In this document: positions 34,960 to 50,200 of the stretch, in pieces | Numbering within the stretch: position 1 is the first letter of the stretch | Layout: every line of letters starts with the position of its first letter | Origin: Tricharina praecox | Taxonomy: Eukaryota | Direction: 5' to 3' | DNA length: 64,000 nt | Assembly: GCF_024521635.1 (NCBI RefSeq) | Contig: NW_026250404.1 | Location: 248,001-312,000, forward strand | Notes under the pieces: generated by a model | Told to the model about the DNA's origin: nothing | The model's input: only the letters and a program-made list of their open reading frames with translations | Database searches by the model: none | Program-made: the position numbers and the translations under genes

Positions 34960-37664
34960 CTATTTCCACACCTTGATATCCTTGGTTTCGATTGTCCTTC
35001 TGACCTCGCCATTGACGCCGATATCACCACCGCCCATCAGCGGCCGTCCACCCGTGAGTCTGCCGTGAGACGACGTGTTGGCGAACCTAGCATCCTCCGT
35101 CCACTCGCCGGTGACCCTCTCCCGATACGACGATGGTGGGTGGACGAGTAGCGAGGTGCGGCCGCCCGCACTACGGTATGTCTGCCCGGAAGCCATGGAG
35201 GGATCACGGCTGTTGATTATCTCGCGATGGTGGTTGCGGTGACGATGGTGCCCATGACCTGGCGCGGAGACATCGTTTGAGAACGTGATATCCTGCGTCG
35301 TGATGGTACGGTCGATGTGTTCGCCGTGCGCACCCTCGAGAGTCTCGTGACGGGTCGTGACCATTTCGGGCTTGACGATCGCGGCCGCGGCGGCTGCCAT
35401 AGCCGTTTCTTCGGCGACGCGGTCCCGCCATTGCGATACCCTCTCAGTTTGCTTGGCTAGGGGCACGGGCGGAGCTCCGACGAGGTTGCCGGCGCTGACA
35501 TTCGCGCCGGTAACGGCAATGACACGCTGCGCAGGTTGAGGCCGTGCAGCGGTAGTGGTAGTCCGAATGTGTTCCTCCCGGGTAGTCTGACGGCCACGGG
35601 AAACCTCCCGCTCGAGCCGCTCAGCCCGCTCAACGGCAAGTCGCTCCTCCCTGTGGGCCGCTTCACGGCGTCCCCGAGGGAGCTCCTCGGTGATGTGCTC
35701 CTCACGGATGATGGTCCGCTCGGATCTTCCTCTCGGCGTAGCAGCAAAGCGCTCTTCGAACATCTCCTCCTGCTCGTCCTCGCGACCACGGAAAGACCTA
35801 CCCTCTTCGCGAACGGGGCGGGACTCGATCAAACGGTCGCGGGACGTAGACTCGCGGTGGTTGCTGCTATGGCTCTGGGTGTGGCTATGATGGCCGAGAT
35901 GTGCCTTCTCCTTTACTCTCTCCCCGATATGACTGACCTTCTCCTTTGCCGATTCGATCTTGCGCGTTGCGGATCCGACGACATGACCGGTCTTACGAAC
36001 GCCCTCTAGCGTCTTGCCTAGTGCCGCCTCCCGGAAGGAGCCATACTCGCTGCGTTGGTACGCATCAAGGACGAAGAAATACAGTTTGATGATGAAGCGG
36101 TGAACATTCTCCTTGATCATCATCGTCACACCTACGGCCTAGTTAGCGAGCATTACCGGATACTAGATTAACAACGGAACATACCGTGGGAAATGAAGCC
36201 TTTCGCGATCGTCCCTCCGAGACCAATATACAGTGCAGTGATGCCTTCCCTCTTGACGATTTCCGAGAGGAGCTCGACGATACCGCTGGCACGCCTCACA
36301 GCTCTCCTGTAGTGGGTGTCGATCTTGTTTTTAGCAGCCCTTCCCCTCGACACATGGATGCCCTTGACACCGCTCGCAGAACTGTCAAGAATACCATCGT
36401 ACTCATCGCCACCATCGTCCATCTGCGATCTGATCTTGATCACATTCAACGGGTACGTCAAGGTGGTAGCAGCTGCCTTGCACAGCGCCGCCAGCAGGAA
36501 GATATCCATCTTATCTAGCGACCCGCCCTTGTGCGCGGTCATGTGCGGCTTCGCGTACTCGTACAGCAGGAAGGTGATGCTCGGATTGAAAGTGAGCAGC
36601 AGCGACGCGGTGTATCCGGACCAGAATCCGGTGATGCCCTTTTCCCGCATGATGTCGTGGTAAATGTCGTCAAAGCTAGGGGTTTTCGCTCCCGGGTATA
36701 ACATTGCCGCGGTCTGCTTGCGCGTCACAATGTTGCTGAACGGCGTCGAGACGAGCTTCGACAGGGCTGAAGCCGCAATGCCGATTCCAAGCTCCTCCAT
36801 TACGGGAAGACTCTGCGTGTGTTTTCCATGCTGCGCAAGGATATGCAACCGTTGCTTCCGCAGTAAGGTGTCTGCGCTCCATCATCAGCCAAACACTCCA
36901 CGATAATCGATAAGGGGTCAGTTACAAGCCATAAAATACCAAAACCCACTCGCCGCCGTGCCGACCGTATCCCACCCAACACCATGATAGAACCCCTGGA
37001 TCCCTTCCTTCTCATAGATCTTCTGCACGGCATCAAAATGCCCTCTATACAGCTCCTCGTCCTCATATTCATACTCCCAGGACTCAACCACAGTAGTTCC
37101 CTCCCTAGTCTCGCGTACATGATACTCCTTCGCCTGTTCCTGTGTAACATTAAAGATGCCCACCGCCTCCTCCTCACCGGTGGCTGAGGAAGAACTCGAC
37201 GTCGACGATCTGCGCCCCCGCGTCTTCGTCTTCGTCTTTGTCTTCCCCTTATGATGTCGCTGCAACTCTTCGCGCTCTAGCCGCTGCGCCATCGCGTGCC
37301 GTTGCACCTTGAGACGCGTGGACACGACATCGAGCGGGTAGGTAGCGAGATTCGCCAGCGCGGACCCAACCGCGCCCGCCAATGCGTGGCCAGCCGCCGG
37401 CATTACATGTTCGCGGTGGAAGAGGTGACTGCTGCTGTCGTTGTCGTCGGCATGGCGGGAGGCTCTAGTCGGAGGCGGCGGTCGAGGACTGGGCAATGCA
37501 ATGGTGTGTTAGCTTGTGCGGTGCGTATCCTCCCTCCCTCCCTCCCGGGGGATGCATAGTAACCTGCGCTCGGAGTAGGGGTCCTCGGGGCTGTCGTAGG
37601 TTTCGTGCTCTTCGTGGTGGTAGTAGCTCTCGTAGTTGTCGAGATCGTTATTGTAGCGGACCAT
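34960..37664 (-). CDS. ANT1: Mitochondrial-carrier-family protein, peroxisomal adenine nucleotide transporter ANT1-like, with long C-terminal tail; exons 37564-37664, 36926-37488, 36185-36871, 34960-36131; 840 aa
   Basis: Three carrier repeats (YPLDVVSTRLKVQ, TPFSNIVTRKQT, YPLNVIKIRSQ) plus GHALAGAVGSALAN and GFWSGYTASLLLTFNPSITF, typical of filamentous-fungal Ant1. Three introns are in frame. Confidence 0.8.
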
Positions 37665-38648
37665 ATTTCTCGGATATCACGCCGCGTGCGTGCGAGCGAC
37701 AGCGGCGGCGGTAGCGGGCGGCGGCGACAGACAATCGCAATGCAATGCAGGCCACGGAACGTGCCGATCAGATTCGAGCACAGCGGTATGTAAGAAATTA
37801 ATTTGAAAGATAAAAACGAGAAGGTGGAGTAATAAGTATTGGAGAAGGGCGCGGTGGGGCTTCTGGTATGGTTTGCTTGAGGGGTGAAGAAGGAAGAAGG
37901 AGGTTGGTCGGGTCAGAATCCCCACGTCACCAAGCGCCCGTATGTATATGCTGGAGATCAAAGCCGAAGCCGAGGTGGTGAGGTGCTCAGCTCAGCTGCC
38001 TGCTTTAATTGCCTGCCTGCGTTCCCCGATTCAAACCATACGCACTTTAAATAACAACAAACAAAACAAGTCAAAGTCCGCAAATGCCATAGAAGTCCCC
38101 CACACACATACCTGCCTTGGTGCTCTACACGAGAGGGGCTGCGGCACGAACGGGACGGGATCGAGAACCTGTTGCGCTTGTCGAGATATCCAATCCAATC
38201 GTACATGCTGCTGGATCACAATCCCGGTCAAAGGGTGCGTGGGGCAGGCCAGGGATCGTCAAGCACTGGAGACAAGTGTCCAATCCAGCTGAAGCTTTTG
38301 ACCAGTAATACGGTGATGTATATACGGCCTTGACAGAAGGGTATCTGCCCGGAATGGCGTGCAGAAGAGGGTTAAGCGAGTCCATAAGGGGTGGAAGAAC
38401 TCTTCTGTGTAAGTTCTCGCATGGCTTTAAGGAGAGGGAATCCAGATTCGAATGCTGAGTAGGATGTAATTAGGGTTTACTTTACTCACACGACCCGAAA
38501 TTTTGGCTCGGTGTGAATAGATTAGAAGTATATAAGTTCTAGGCACAGAGCTATCGAACGTCAAGCTCTTTTCCTCTCCACCTCCTCCTCCTCCTCGAGA
38601 TCGACACATTAATTCCAATCGACTCGACACCATCCTCCAAGATCCAAG

Positions 38649-39512
38649 ATGACGCGGCTGCAACTGAGCGCCTCCAGCTCGAGCTCGGAACCGGCCAAAG
38701 CCAATGACGGCTACCAGTCGAACGACAAGGACGTCCGTCAGCTCGCGCTGTCCGACTCCGAATACAAGCTCCAGACCTGGGAGGATCTGACTGCGATAAT
38801 CGGTTCGTTGCCAATGCATCACCGTTACCTCTCGGGGGACAACCAAGCTTACCAATCGTAGCGGAGAACCGTCTCGACGATCTCAAGCGTATCCCGTCGG
38901 ATCTCAAGCGTTACATCGCCTGGTCGAATAAGACCCGCGAGGAGTATGGGTCTATCCAGAAGTTTGTGTTGAAGCAGCGCCTCGGATGGGAGGATCTTCA
39001 GTGCAAGAATCCCAAGCCGTATGCGGACGCAGGTATGTAGCACATACCATCTTCAATCACTCGCAACTGGGCCTACGATAGCTAACAGGAACCCAGAGGA
39101 TACCAAGGTCCTGATCAACGATTGGCCCTACGGCAACGCCCCTGGCATCCTGCACCTCGTTTGCTGGACGAAGTCTCCGATCTCGACGCTGCCGGGTTTG
39201 GGCGACCTCACTCCCGAGGCGAGAGCCATCATCGATAAGTGGGTGCATGATACCTTCGTGGTTGCGCTCGGCAAGGAGAACGTCCTGTGGTTCAAGAACT
39301 GGGCCAGTATCCAGAGCGTCAGGAGCGTTGAGCACATCCACGTCCTCATCCGCGGATATACCGACGAGTTCCTGGCCTCCGTGGTGGGAAAGGATGCGGC
39401 CGACGGTACGATCAGGCTTGTTGGAGAGCTCGAGAAGGAGGAGAAGCCGAGTGGAATGGAGTGTGACGAGAAGGAGGAGAAGCCGAGTGAAATGGCGTGT
39501 GAGGAGAATTAG
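38649..39512 (+). CDS. GIG1: GIG1 / DUF3605 family protein (N-acetylglucosamine-induced protein 1-like); exons 38649-38802, 38862-39032, 39097-39512; 246 aa
   Basis: Motifs NRLDDLKRIPSDLKRY, KVLINDWPYG..HLVCWTK and WFKNWASIQSVRSVEHIHVLIR. Confidence 0.85.
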
Positions 39513-40039
39513 ACGCGTCGGCTGCCGGGACTGGAGAGGTTGCATAGACTGCGGGCGTCGTTGATCGGGGTTGAGGATTGTTTTGGGCGTCTACTAGAGC
39601 TCGAGAGCTCCAGGGCTCTCTGGATGGGGTTGTTTTCTTATTTCATTTTTTCATATTACCTCATAATAGATGCCTGTTTGAAGGCGCCGGTATTTGGGAC
39701 AGGGTAGGAATAGACCACGATGATGAAACAGTTGTTAGCCTGAGAAAACAATCGTCTGTGAGGTTCCTCGTGTGTACGTAGAAAACCGTTGAGTCGTGGA
39801 CATCGTTCTCACGAAAGACGCGCCAAGCCATCGGCCCGGCCTCTCGCACGGGGGCAGGGGTGCCGGTTGCAGCACACCTCCAACGCACCTTTTCCACCAC
39901 CAAAACGGCCGGGCCCAAACACGCTCGCTTCGGCGCTCACATCGACACGCATCAATTGTCGGGCCGAAGTGCTCGAACTTGCTGTTGTCACTCACACAAC
40001 CCAACCACTCTGCGTGATCCCGCCATCTCTCGCAACTCG

Positions 40040-40047
40040 TATAAATA
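40040..40047 (+). promoter_or_regulatory. TATA box of histone H4
   Basis: TATAAATA is followed by a CT tract and a CA-rich leader, 135 nt upstream of the ATG. Confidence 0.7.
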
Positions 40048-40174
40048 CCGACTCTCCCCTTCCCCTTTCTCTTCTTTCCTTTCTCTTCAACACCAACACG
40101 CTTCACGACTTCAACAACAACTTTCCTCACCACACAACCACCACCAACCAACTTACTAACCAACTTTAGCAGTC

Positions 40175-40772
<598 letters not shown>

Positions 40773-41246
40773 ATCTGTCGTCTGTTCGAGGGCTGTTTTT
40801 TTTACCAGATCTTGGGAGAGCCGCATCTGTTTTTTTTCCTGACGATTTTCGCTTTTGGAGGGAATTGGTCCGCGCTTGAGATTTTGTAGAAAACCACTCC
40901 AAAGAAGAAGGGAATTGTGGGGATGATGGTTGTCTGATTGTCTGTGTGTGTTCTCTTGTTTACGGTGTTTGCGTTGGTTTTGTTTGTGATGATGGTGATG
41001 GTGAATGGCGATCAACTGTGTTCTGTCGGCGTGTGTACTATACTCTATGTGCTACTCATAACAACGGGCATGAGTTGACTTACTGATGTGATTGACTGGA
41101 CCCATCTTGATCGTGAGGACCACTCTTCGACTCTTCTCAAAAGCCATCATTACGATCAATCAATGTAACAAGACTTAGTGATAACTAAACTCCATTCCCA
41201 TTTTATTCCCATCCATCTAAGCACAATATCTAATCTACAAAGCTAT

Positions 41247-44200
41247 CTACTCGACACTCTCAGCGAACCACTGCCTCAGTGCACCCGCCAGCACCCCCGG
41301 CAGCTCCCTGACATCCCTGACGACCAAATAGTAACCAAACGGAAACTTGTCCAGATACCTCTCGGTGGTAACCTCACCGTCGACGAATGTCACGCGGTTC
41401 AGCTCCAGAATCGAGTTATCCCTGAGGCTGTCCACAACCACAAACACGATCATAACCCGTCTCTCGTGTGCCTTCCTAACGATCCTCCTCAGCGCCTCGT
41501 GCTCTTCGCACACTCCGTCAGAGATGACGATTTGCAGCTGCCAAAGCTCCTCGTTGGAGCTCGGGGGGGCGGAGGAGAAGAGCGAGAGCGAGGATTCGAG
41601 GAGTCGGCGGACATCTGTTTTCTGCTGTGAGAAGGTGAAGCGCTCGAAGGCATTGACGCCCGAGTCGGCGGTGAAGGGCGTGTCGAAGGGGTGGACGACG
41701 GAGGCGGTCTCGCCGAACGACATGACTGCAATCTGACCGACCTCGAGAGCGCTGAGGGCGCGAGCGACGAGGGCGACGGTTTGCAGTGCCAGGTTGGCGG
41801 TGGAGCCGTCGCCTTCTGCCATACTGCGGGAGTCATCGACGGCAAGAATCACCTGGTATTGTCGCTTGCTGGGCTTTGCTCGGCGCATCCAGATCTTGTC
41901 TTTCTTGTAGGCGCTGGCGATGTACGGGATTATACGACGCATGTTGAGGCGCTTGCCGGTGCGGAAGTCGCCGCGCATCTTGGTGGCCTGGGTGGGCTCA
42001 AGGATGAGGCGGAGTTGCTCGCAGAGGCCGGCGGAGAGCGTGCGGGTCGCGGACTCGTGGCGTTGCCAGAGTTCCCGAGCTTCTTCACGTGAGCGCATCT
42101 TGATGGGAACGGTGACAGCCGTGGCGTCATCGGTGAAGTCGTCGTTTGACATAATGTCCGAGAGCGTATCATCGATGTCCATCTCGTCTTCGCCTTCGAT
42201 CTGGCGTTCGCGAGTGGGTCCGTCTTTGCGGTCTCCAATCATAGCTCCGAAGCGACCGGCGTCTTCCTCCTCAGGGGCATCCTGTTCTTTACTGGCGTGT
42301 TCGATAGGCTCGGCTGGCTCTTGCGGGTCTTCCTCTGGGTCAGCGTCGTCCTCGAATGCCTCTTGTGGCTCTTTGACGCCGGAGTCTATAGCCATCGAGT
42401 CATCGAGGCCATGGGCTTGCTCCTCCGTGGCAGTGCCGAGGGCTTGAGTGTCCGCTTCGGTCTCTTCGTTAGGGAGATGTTCAAACTCCGGATCATCGAG
42501 TTCCTAGTACACATTAGCATATCATATAATCAAGCTTTATTGATAGAATTCTTACCATATTGTCAATCTGTGGCCGTTCCTTGTCCTCATCGCTAGCATC
42601 CAGAATCTGCTTCCTCTGCCTATGCCACTTCTCAAGAATATCTCCGACCTTTCGGAACGTCTTCTCCTCCTCCGACGGTTTCTCCTGCGGCGCCTGTGGT
42701 TCCTGGTTCGGATCCTTATCCTGGGCCGATGCCGCACCAACCTCTTGGTTCTGTTGCTGAGACTCATTCTGTTCAGTGCCCTGTCCCTGCTGAGGTTCGT
42801 CGGACTTGGTCTCTTCGCCGCTTTCCTGTTGGGCAGAGGCTTGATCGGCCTTGTCTTCATTGTCGGTGCCGCCCTGGACGCCTTGGAGATCGCTGGGCGC
42901 GGTGTCGTCGGCTTCTTTGGAATTCTCCTCCGGTGGTGCAGTAAGAAGGTTTTCTTCCTCGTTCTCTGGCTGTAGTTCCTCCGGGTTCTCGGGGTCCTCT
43001 TCGACACCGTCGCCTTGCTCCTCTCCCATCCCTTCGTCCTCCCCTTCTTTCTCCTCCAATTCTCCGGTTTTAGGCTCCTCTTCGGGGGCGTCAAGTTCTG
43101 GGAACTTTTCCTCCTGATCCTCGCCCTTTCCGTCGTCTTTTCCGTCGTCTTTTTCGGGCTGCTTGTCGTCGCTGGCATCGGAGAGATCGTCCATGTTGAA
43201 GTCGTCGCCCTCATCGCCGGGCTGGTCCTCCTTCTCATCCTCGCTCTCGTCTCCATCCAGTTGCATGTCCTCCGGCAGGTCAAGCGTGTCGACTTCAGGA
43301 ACGTGCTCATCCATACCCTCCTTATTCTGCTGTTTCACGTCATCCTCTTGTTCCGCCCCACCCTCTTCTTCTTCCTCGTCATTCTCATCCCCTTGCTCCC
43401 CAGTGTCATCTCCCTTCTGCTGCTTCCCATCCTCCTTCTTCGCCTCCAACTCATCACCCTTCTGCTGCTTCCCCTTACTTGTATCGCCCTCCTTCTCCTT
43501 ATCATCCTCATCTGCCTTCTCATCCCACATCTTCTCATCAACGGCGGTCGGATCCAGATCATCCACATCTCCAGTCTCCTCCTCCATCTCCTCATCCCCA
43601 TCCTCCTCCTTCTCATCGCCCTCATCATTCTCCGGTTTCTGCTCCTTATCGCCCATCTCACCCTCCATATCCTGCTCGCCCATATCGACCGCATCCTCCT
43701 CATCCTCGATCTCCTCCTCGCGCTCCTCCTTATTCTTCTCCTGCGCGAGCTCGGACAGGTCCTCGTCGTCTTTAATATCCTTACTGATATCCTCGGCACC
43801 CTCGCCGTCGCCCAATCCCGTGCCCGCCTCCAGCGCACCCTTGCTCTCGCCGCCCTGGTCGCCTTGCTCGGCGGGCTCGCAGAAGCCCCGAATCAGAATT
43901 GTCAGCGCCGTCGAAACGAGGATGTAAGTAGTCTTCGCAACCGCCCGTTGTCCCCGCGCAACTTCGCGGAGCGTACGCTCGCACGTCCGTTGGTACTCGG
44001 CAATCACGGGCCAGTAGGCGGCAAATACGGTGCGTACGGCCAGGGAGTCCTTGAGACAGCGCGAAGCCAGCTCTATAACAGCATCGACCTTGTGCGTGAT
44101 GGTGCGCATGTACAGCGCCTTGAGGCACGCGGACGTCGCGGTCTGGTGGGTTAATAGCCATCCAGCCTCGGTAGCTTCAGCCGGGTATGTGGCTTGCGCT

Positions 44201-47200
44201 TCGTTGAGTTTCTGAAGGGAGACAAAGATGGAGTCGCAGAGTGTTTGGAGGGATGTATCGAGGTCCTGAACGGAGCTGGCAACGGATGTCTCTCCATCCA
44301 TGATGGTAGAAAGCGGCGAGACCCAGCGCATCAGTGGGTTGAATGCGTACTCCACCTCCGGATTGCGCTCGACGAGTTCTTGGATTCCCGTACGGATCTC
44401 CGAGAGGAAATTGTCGCAATCATCCATGGTGGCCTTCGCAGCGGCAGTCCAGATACCGTCGTGCACCACCTTCTGCTTCTCCAACTGTGCACCAACCTCC
44501 TGCGCCCGTATCGTCCAGGTGACAATACCGCCCTCGATCACAGCTGTACCCGCAAACTCTGCTCGGATACGGACCAAATCGGCCGTAAATGCGAGGATCT
44601 TGGGGAGCCACTGGAGCTTCCTCTTCGCCTCGGCGAACCTTCCGGGAGTAATTGTTACCGCTCCGTAGAGCGTGGTGTCAGCAGGATCGATGTCTGCCAG
44701 TACCGAGAACTTGCCCATGGCAGTACGAGTATTCTCCAGATCGCCCAGGGCGGAGGAAAGTGTTGCCCTCAGCTCCAGATTGATAGAAAGCAAATGCTCC
44801 ATGAATCCCGTAACCCTTGCGGCATCGTTGGCATGCAAGTCTGGCGAAGTTTCCTTCCGGGCACGGACCTTCATCATGGTCTCCAGAATCCTGGCAAAAT
44901 AATGCTGGATACCCTCGACATCACCTCTGCCCTGCAGCGGCTCCGCGGCAGCAAGTATCTTCTCCAGACTCGCCTGCTTGGATATGTGCGCACGAGACAA
45001 GTTCGACTTGAGACCCATTTGCCGTAGCTCCTTGAGGGCATCGGTAAACGCCTTCCGCTTGCGCGTCTTGAGATGTGCGACGGCTTTCTTGACCTCCTCG
45101 GTCATGATGGCGGGAGTCTCTTCCTGTAGCTCTTTGGACGTCGTGATGGTGGACGTCGCGAAGCGTTCTAGGAAGTCGGCTGCGTCGAGCTTGGTGGACG
45201 GGAGCGTGGATACTCGCTGCATCATTCCTACCGCGCTGTTGAGGTCGCGGAGACGCGGAGGACGCGAGGTCCACAGCTTGATGGAGGATGTGTAAAGCTC
45301 CCTGATGCGAGTATTGTCGATGACAATGGAGGTGTCCATGAACTGCTCCGAGCTGGTTGCTTTATCCTCGGAGGACATCCCGCTAGAGAGTATATTGAAG
45401 ACGGGATTATCAAGTGCCCGTCGGTACTTCCTCACGACTTTGTAGAGCTTGTGATGAGATCGCTTCGCACTGTCCCGGAGGGCAATGATATTGGTATCCT
45501 TCCAACTGGCGAGCAACACGACATCGGCAACAGCCTTCTCCATCTTCTTGCGATCCTTCTTCAGCGTCTCTGCAACCGAAGCTTCATACTGCTGGTAATA
45601 GATCAGGAAACTCTGCAGAGCACGATGGACCATCTTCATCTCCTCAAAGTCCCTACTCATGCGGCCAACATGCTCCTCAAACACCCTCAGAAGCTGCAAG
45701 CGGTGCGAAAACTGTCCGACCGAAGACGTGCCGGCGAAGTTGACAAGGTTGGCTACGAGGTCATGGATGTGATTCTTGAGGTCGGCAGCGAGCAGCTGCA
45801 GCGGGTTTGCGATAACACTCTCGTACAGGAAGAACCACCACGAGTACGCGTTCTGCTTCGCTTTGTCATCCTCGAGATCGAAGAGTCTCGGCCAGGTAGT
45901 GAGCTCGAGTCTTCTCCAGGCGATGATCAGCTGTGTCAACGTATCGTAGTGCTCCTGTGCGGTAAACTCGCGACTAGCAACTCCCTGCCACTCGTTCAGG
46001 ATTCCATGAAGTTTTTCGACTTTAGTCAAGAACTTCGCGACTGGAGTGGCAGCGGGGAATGCAAATAGCTGCTGGCAAGTTTCTACAGCATCCTGCAGCG
46101 TGACGTTTTCTGGCCAGAGGTCGAGGAGGAACGACATCCGCTTGTGCACTTTCTTGACGATGCCGACGAGCTTGTGTGCCTCCTCGAGGTTCTCGTGGTT
46201 GTAGAAGTCGTAGCGTCGGGTGTCTTTGCGACTGCCGGAGATCCACTCGGTCGTGTCTTTAAGCGACAGGAAGATAGCAGGAAGGAACTCTTTGATCTTT
46301 GAGGGAGGGAAAGCCGACTTATTATCGCCCAGGGCCTTCATCCAAACCGCGGCACCGTCGCGAACGAGTTCCGACAGGCTCTCGGTAGTCGCCGAGAACA
46401 GCGATGCATGAAGCTGAGCAATGCGAATAGCCACATTCTTATGGTCCTTGATCTTCAGATCCTTCTCATCTTCCACCGGCGCAGCAGCAACAACCACATT
46501 CCCCTCGTCATCCTCTTCGTAGACAGGGAACATCTGCATAAACTCCTGCTCATCGTGGTCCTCCGCCTCGCCACGGTACGTGTACAGACTGTTGTTGGCG
46601 ATCGCCTTCTCCTTCTCCTCGATCGTCTCATCCTTCCACGACTTGAACAGCTTCTGGAAGATATCGTGGATGTCCTCGCGCGCGGTCTGGTCCAGGCTAT
46701 CGTATTTCTCAGTGGCACTGCGTGCCGCATGCTGTCGCAACCAGAGCATCTGCACCTCCCGTTCATTTGTCTTGGGCCTCTCGGAGGAGGTCTCATATGG
46801 CGCCAAGAAAGCCCTAGCAGAGTTTGCAGCTTCGTCGGAGGCATCAGGCACCATGGCGGCAAGTGACAATCCAAGCTTGAGATAGTGGATGAATCCGATC
46901 ACGGGATCAACCATGTCTTTATAAACCGGATACCCGATCTCCAGCCTCTCCGCCAGCTGCGACAGGTTAGTCTGGAAAGTCTGCTCCTGAGCCTCGAAGT
47001 TCTCTCCGCGTTTCAGGATCGAGTCCAGGAGTCTCCTGTGCGGCTGGCCATCGACGACGACGCGCAGCAAATTCGAGAAGTCACCCTGGAGGCTCGACAT
47101 CTTTGACTCGGTGGGCCGAGCGATCAAGGAGTTTGGCGGTTCCGCGCCGAGATCGGTGAAGCGCTGCTGCAGCATGCGGATGCTGTGGCTGTCCTCCTGT

Positions 47201-50200
47201 CCGGTGAACTTCAGTTCGAACAGTTTCTCGGCGGTGATCCTAGCAGTGACCTCGGATTTCCGCGAGAAATGGCGTTGCCGCTCAACCATGGGCTTCATTG
47301 CCGGGTCGAAGGCGACGTTCGGGACGTAAAGCTTTATGCAGGCGAGCGCGTAGTGGACCCATGCTGTTCCCAATGCTGTGATACGAGCAGAGTGCGATGA
47401 CGATGGCATCTCGAGGAGAACATCGATCATCGGGATGAGATGTTCAATGACGGCTTCACGAAGGTATGTAACTTCTGTAGTGGGCAGAACCTCCTTGAGG
47501 ACACGAAGCCCATCAGCAGTGGCCTTTCCAAACGACCGGATGGCCGCTGTGTAGGTAGCCACGTCATACGAAGCCTTGTGAATCACAAACAACTACACAG
47601 ACCATTAGCATCCGCAAGAATAGCAACAACCAGAACAATCCTTACCTGCTTCAACTTTTTTAACACGAGAGTATTCAACTGCAGCACGCGATCGCCAGTG
47701 ATCTCATCCGTATGCAGCGTAAACTGCTTCGACAGCTCTCTGATCTCCACCTCCAGATCCTGCAGTCTCAAAATATCCGATTCCTTAACCGTATGGCTGG
47801 TCTTCAACATGCCAGCGGCGATTTTCCCCGTCAGCAGTCCCGCGGGCCCTCTAGCGACCATTTCCGTAGCAGGATAACTCCACAGGTCGCCAACGACCTG
47901 CTCAAACGACGTCGTAACGGGCATTCCCGGAAGTCCGTAGCCGATCAAGCTCTCGGTCGACCTATTCGCGAAGTGTGCCATGCGGAAGTTGTCCTGGTTG
48001 AGCTCAACGCAGCCTATAGGATTCCGGAGCATTTTGAATTTCAGCAGGAGGTCGAAAAGCGCGTTAAAGACTCCCGGCTTCTGCTCCTGGTCTGCAGTGC
48101 GTGAGGACTCCAGCTGCGAGATGGATGCATCGAGTTCTGTGACAAGCTCGGAGACATCCATGTCCTCGGTGAGAACTGCCGCTGCGGCACCAACAAGTGA
48201 CTCTCTCAACTTCAACACCGTATCCAAATTTCCTATGCCTCATATTAGTACCAGTACCCAGTATCCAGTCGTCGAATCGTCAGGAACTCACCTTCCACGC
48301 CAACCCTATCGAACCTAGCCATGATCGCCTTCAGCGCCAGATACTGTTCCCAAGCGACCAAGCTCTTCGGCACGGACGGCCTGACCTTGAGCCACATGAC
48401 CTCCATAGACTGACCGGTCACCAGCTGCAGCGGCTCTCTAAACGCGTTTAGCGCCGTCTCGGAGGACTTGACATACTGCGCGGGCAGATCCTTCTCGGCG
48501 TTCCTAATCCACTCCTCAAACAGTGCGAGGTAGACGTGAAACACGCTCTCGTTAAGACTGCTCGTGCTGCTCAGCTGCACCAGGTCGCACCACAGATGCA
48601 GCACTTCCCGGATGCGCAGGAACTTCTTGAGGTCCAGCTCGCGCGCATCGTGCGCAAGCCACTGCTCGAGGACTTTGCGGATGCTGGTGAGGAATTCGAA
48701 GAGTTGGATGCCCATGCTGCCGCCGAAGGCGGGCATTTTCTTACCCCGGCGAGAGGCGGACCGCTCCAAGAAATTCATCTCTGCCAGCTTGATGGTGGTT
48801 GATTTCTGAAGAATCCCTTCCTCAGTGCGTTCCGTGACGAAGATTTCACGTGCAACTTCGTAGAAGAGCGATGAAACGGTGGCTTCTGCTTCCGAGGAGA
48901 AGAGACTGCTGTTGCGGATGGGCACGAGAGACTGCGCGGCCATAAACTCATCTCCAAGCTGCCATTTCCCAGACGCTGACAAGATCAGGTCCGCGGTAAC
49001 TGTCTGCACCGCCGGATGAGCGGCGAAATGCATGAAGTTTTCCACAGACTCAAGTGTAGCCTGCCCCTCCACCGACCACTCGCCGATCCTGCCCTTCCAC
49101 CTGGTAAGAAGTGGCGACATTCCCCGCGGTACATGCTCCAGTGCGGTCTGTACCAGTATGGGATCGACCTCCGCTCCCATCGACGTCCCGACAACCTGCT
49201 CCATCAGCTGGAAAATCGACACATCAGCATTGACACTTGTTGATCCTTGGAATTTAGCCAGCGCGCTCCTCTGAGCATCATCCTGCGCCACAACTTCGTT
49301 CACTTCCGGCGTCTGGTCGATAAAAACCTCGACACAGCGATTCCTCATGGCCCTCGAGAGCTCGCCATGCTTCGGGTCCATAGTGATGAACAGTCTAAAC
49401 TCCGGATGGGGCTTGACCAGCTTTGGATCACCATTGGCAGTGCTGTGCTCATTCACCATCAGGAAGCCATTAGTTTCCAGCAGCGAGTTGAGACGATCCA
49501 GGACGGACGGGCTGCACAGGTTAGCATTGTCAAGGATCAACCACCTACCCTCCTCCACCGCCTTGACGAGCATTCCGTCGACCCATTCAAAGCGCGCAAT
49601 TGTATCCTTGTGGGCATCAACGACGAGTGCCTGAGCGCTCGCAACAAAGCCCGTGAAACCGGCGGTGACCTGTGCGAAATCCTGCAGCTTCGCGAGAACT
49701 CGGTGCAAGTTCTCGACACTGGGCGCGGGCAGAGTAGTACACAGGAACTCGACAAGCTCCAGGATGGACGCACCGAGCGCATCGCCGCGCTTGAAAGCAT
49801 CCACAACCCCCATCCGGAGGAACCGCTGCACCTCGTCAAACAACGCCGAGATCTTCCTAGACATGTCAACTTGCTCGAACCCACCAACGATGTCAGTAGT
49901 ATCAACGTCGGCATTGAGCGCCAGCTGATCCAGCTCCGCACCCGAAATGGCCGCTAGCAGTTTGATCATGCTGCTCTTCCCCGTTCCGGATGCGCCGACG
50001 AGAATAACCGGAGTATTTTGCTGAACACAAGTCATGACCGTCTCCAGCACCGGCAACTGCGTCTTCAATACCGCCAGGCCCTCCACAGCCGTAGGTTGCA
50101 GAACTTTCCTCCGCGGGAGCAGCGCATTACCGACCTGGAAGGTACCTTCTGAAAGCTGATGGTAAAGATGCCTCCTCGCGGGCGCATGTCCAAAGACCTC

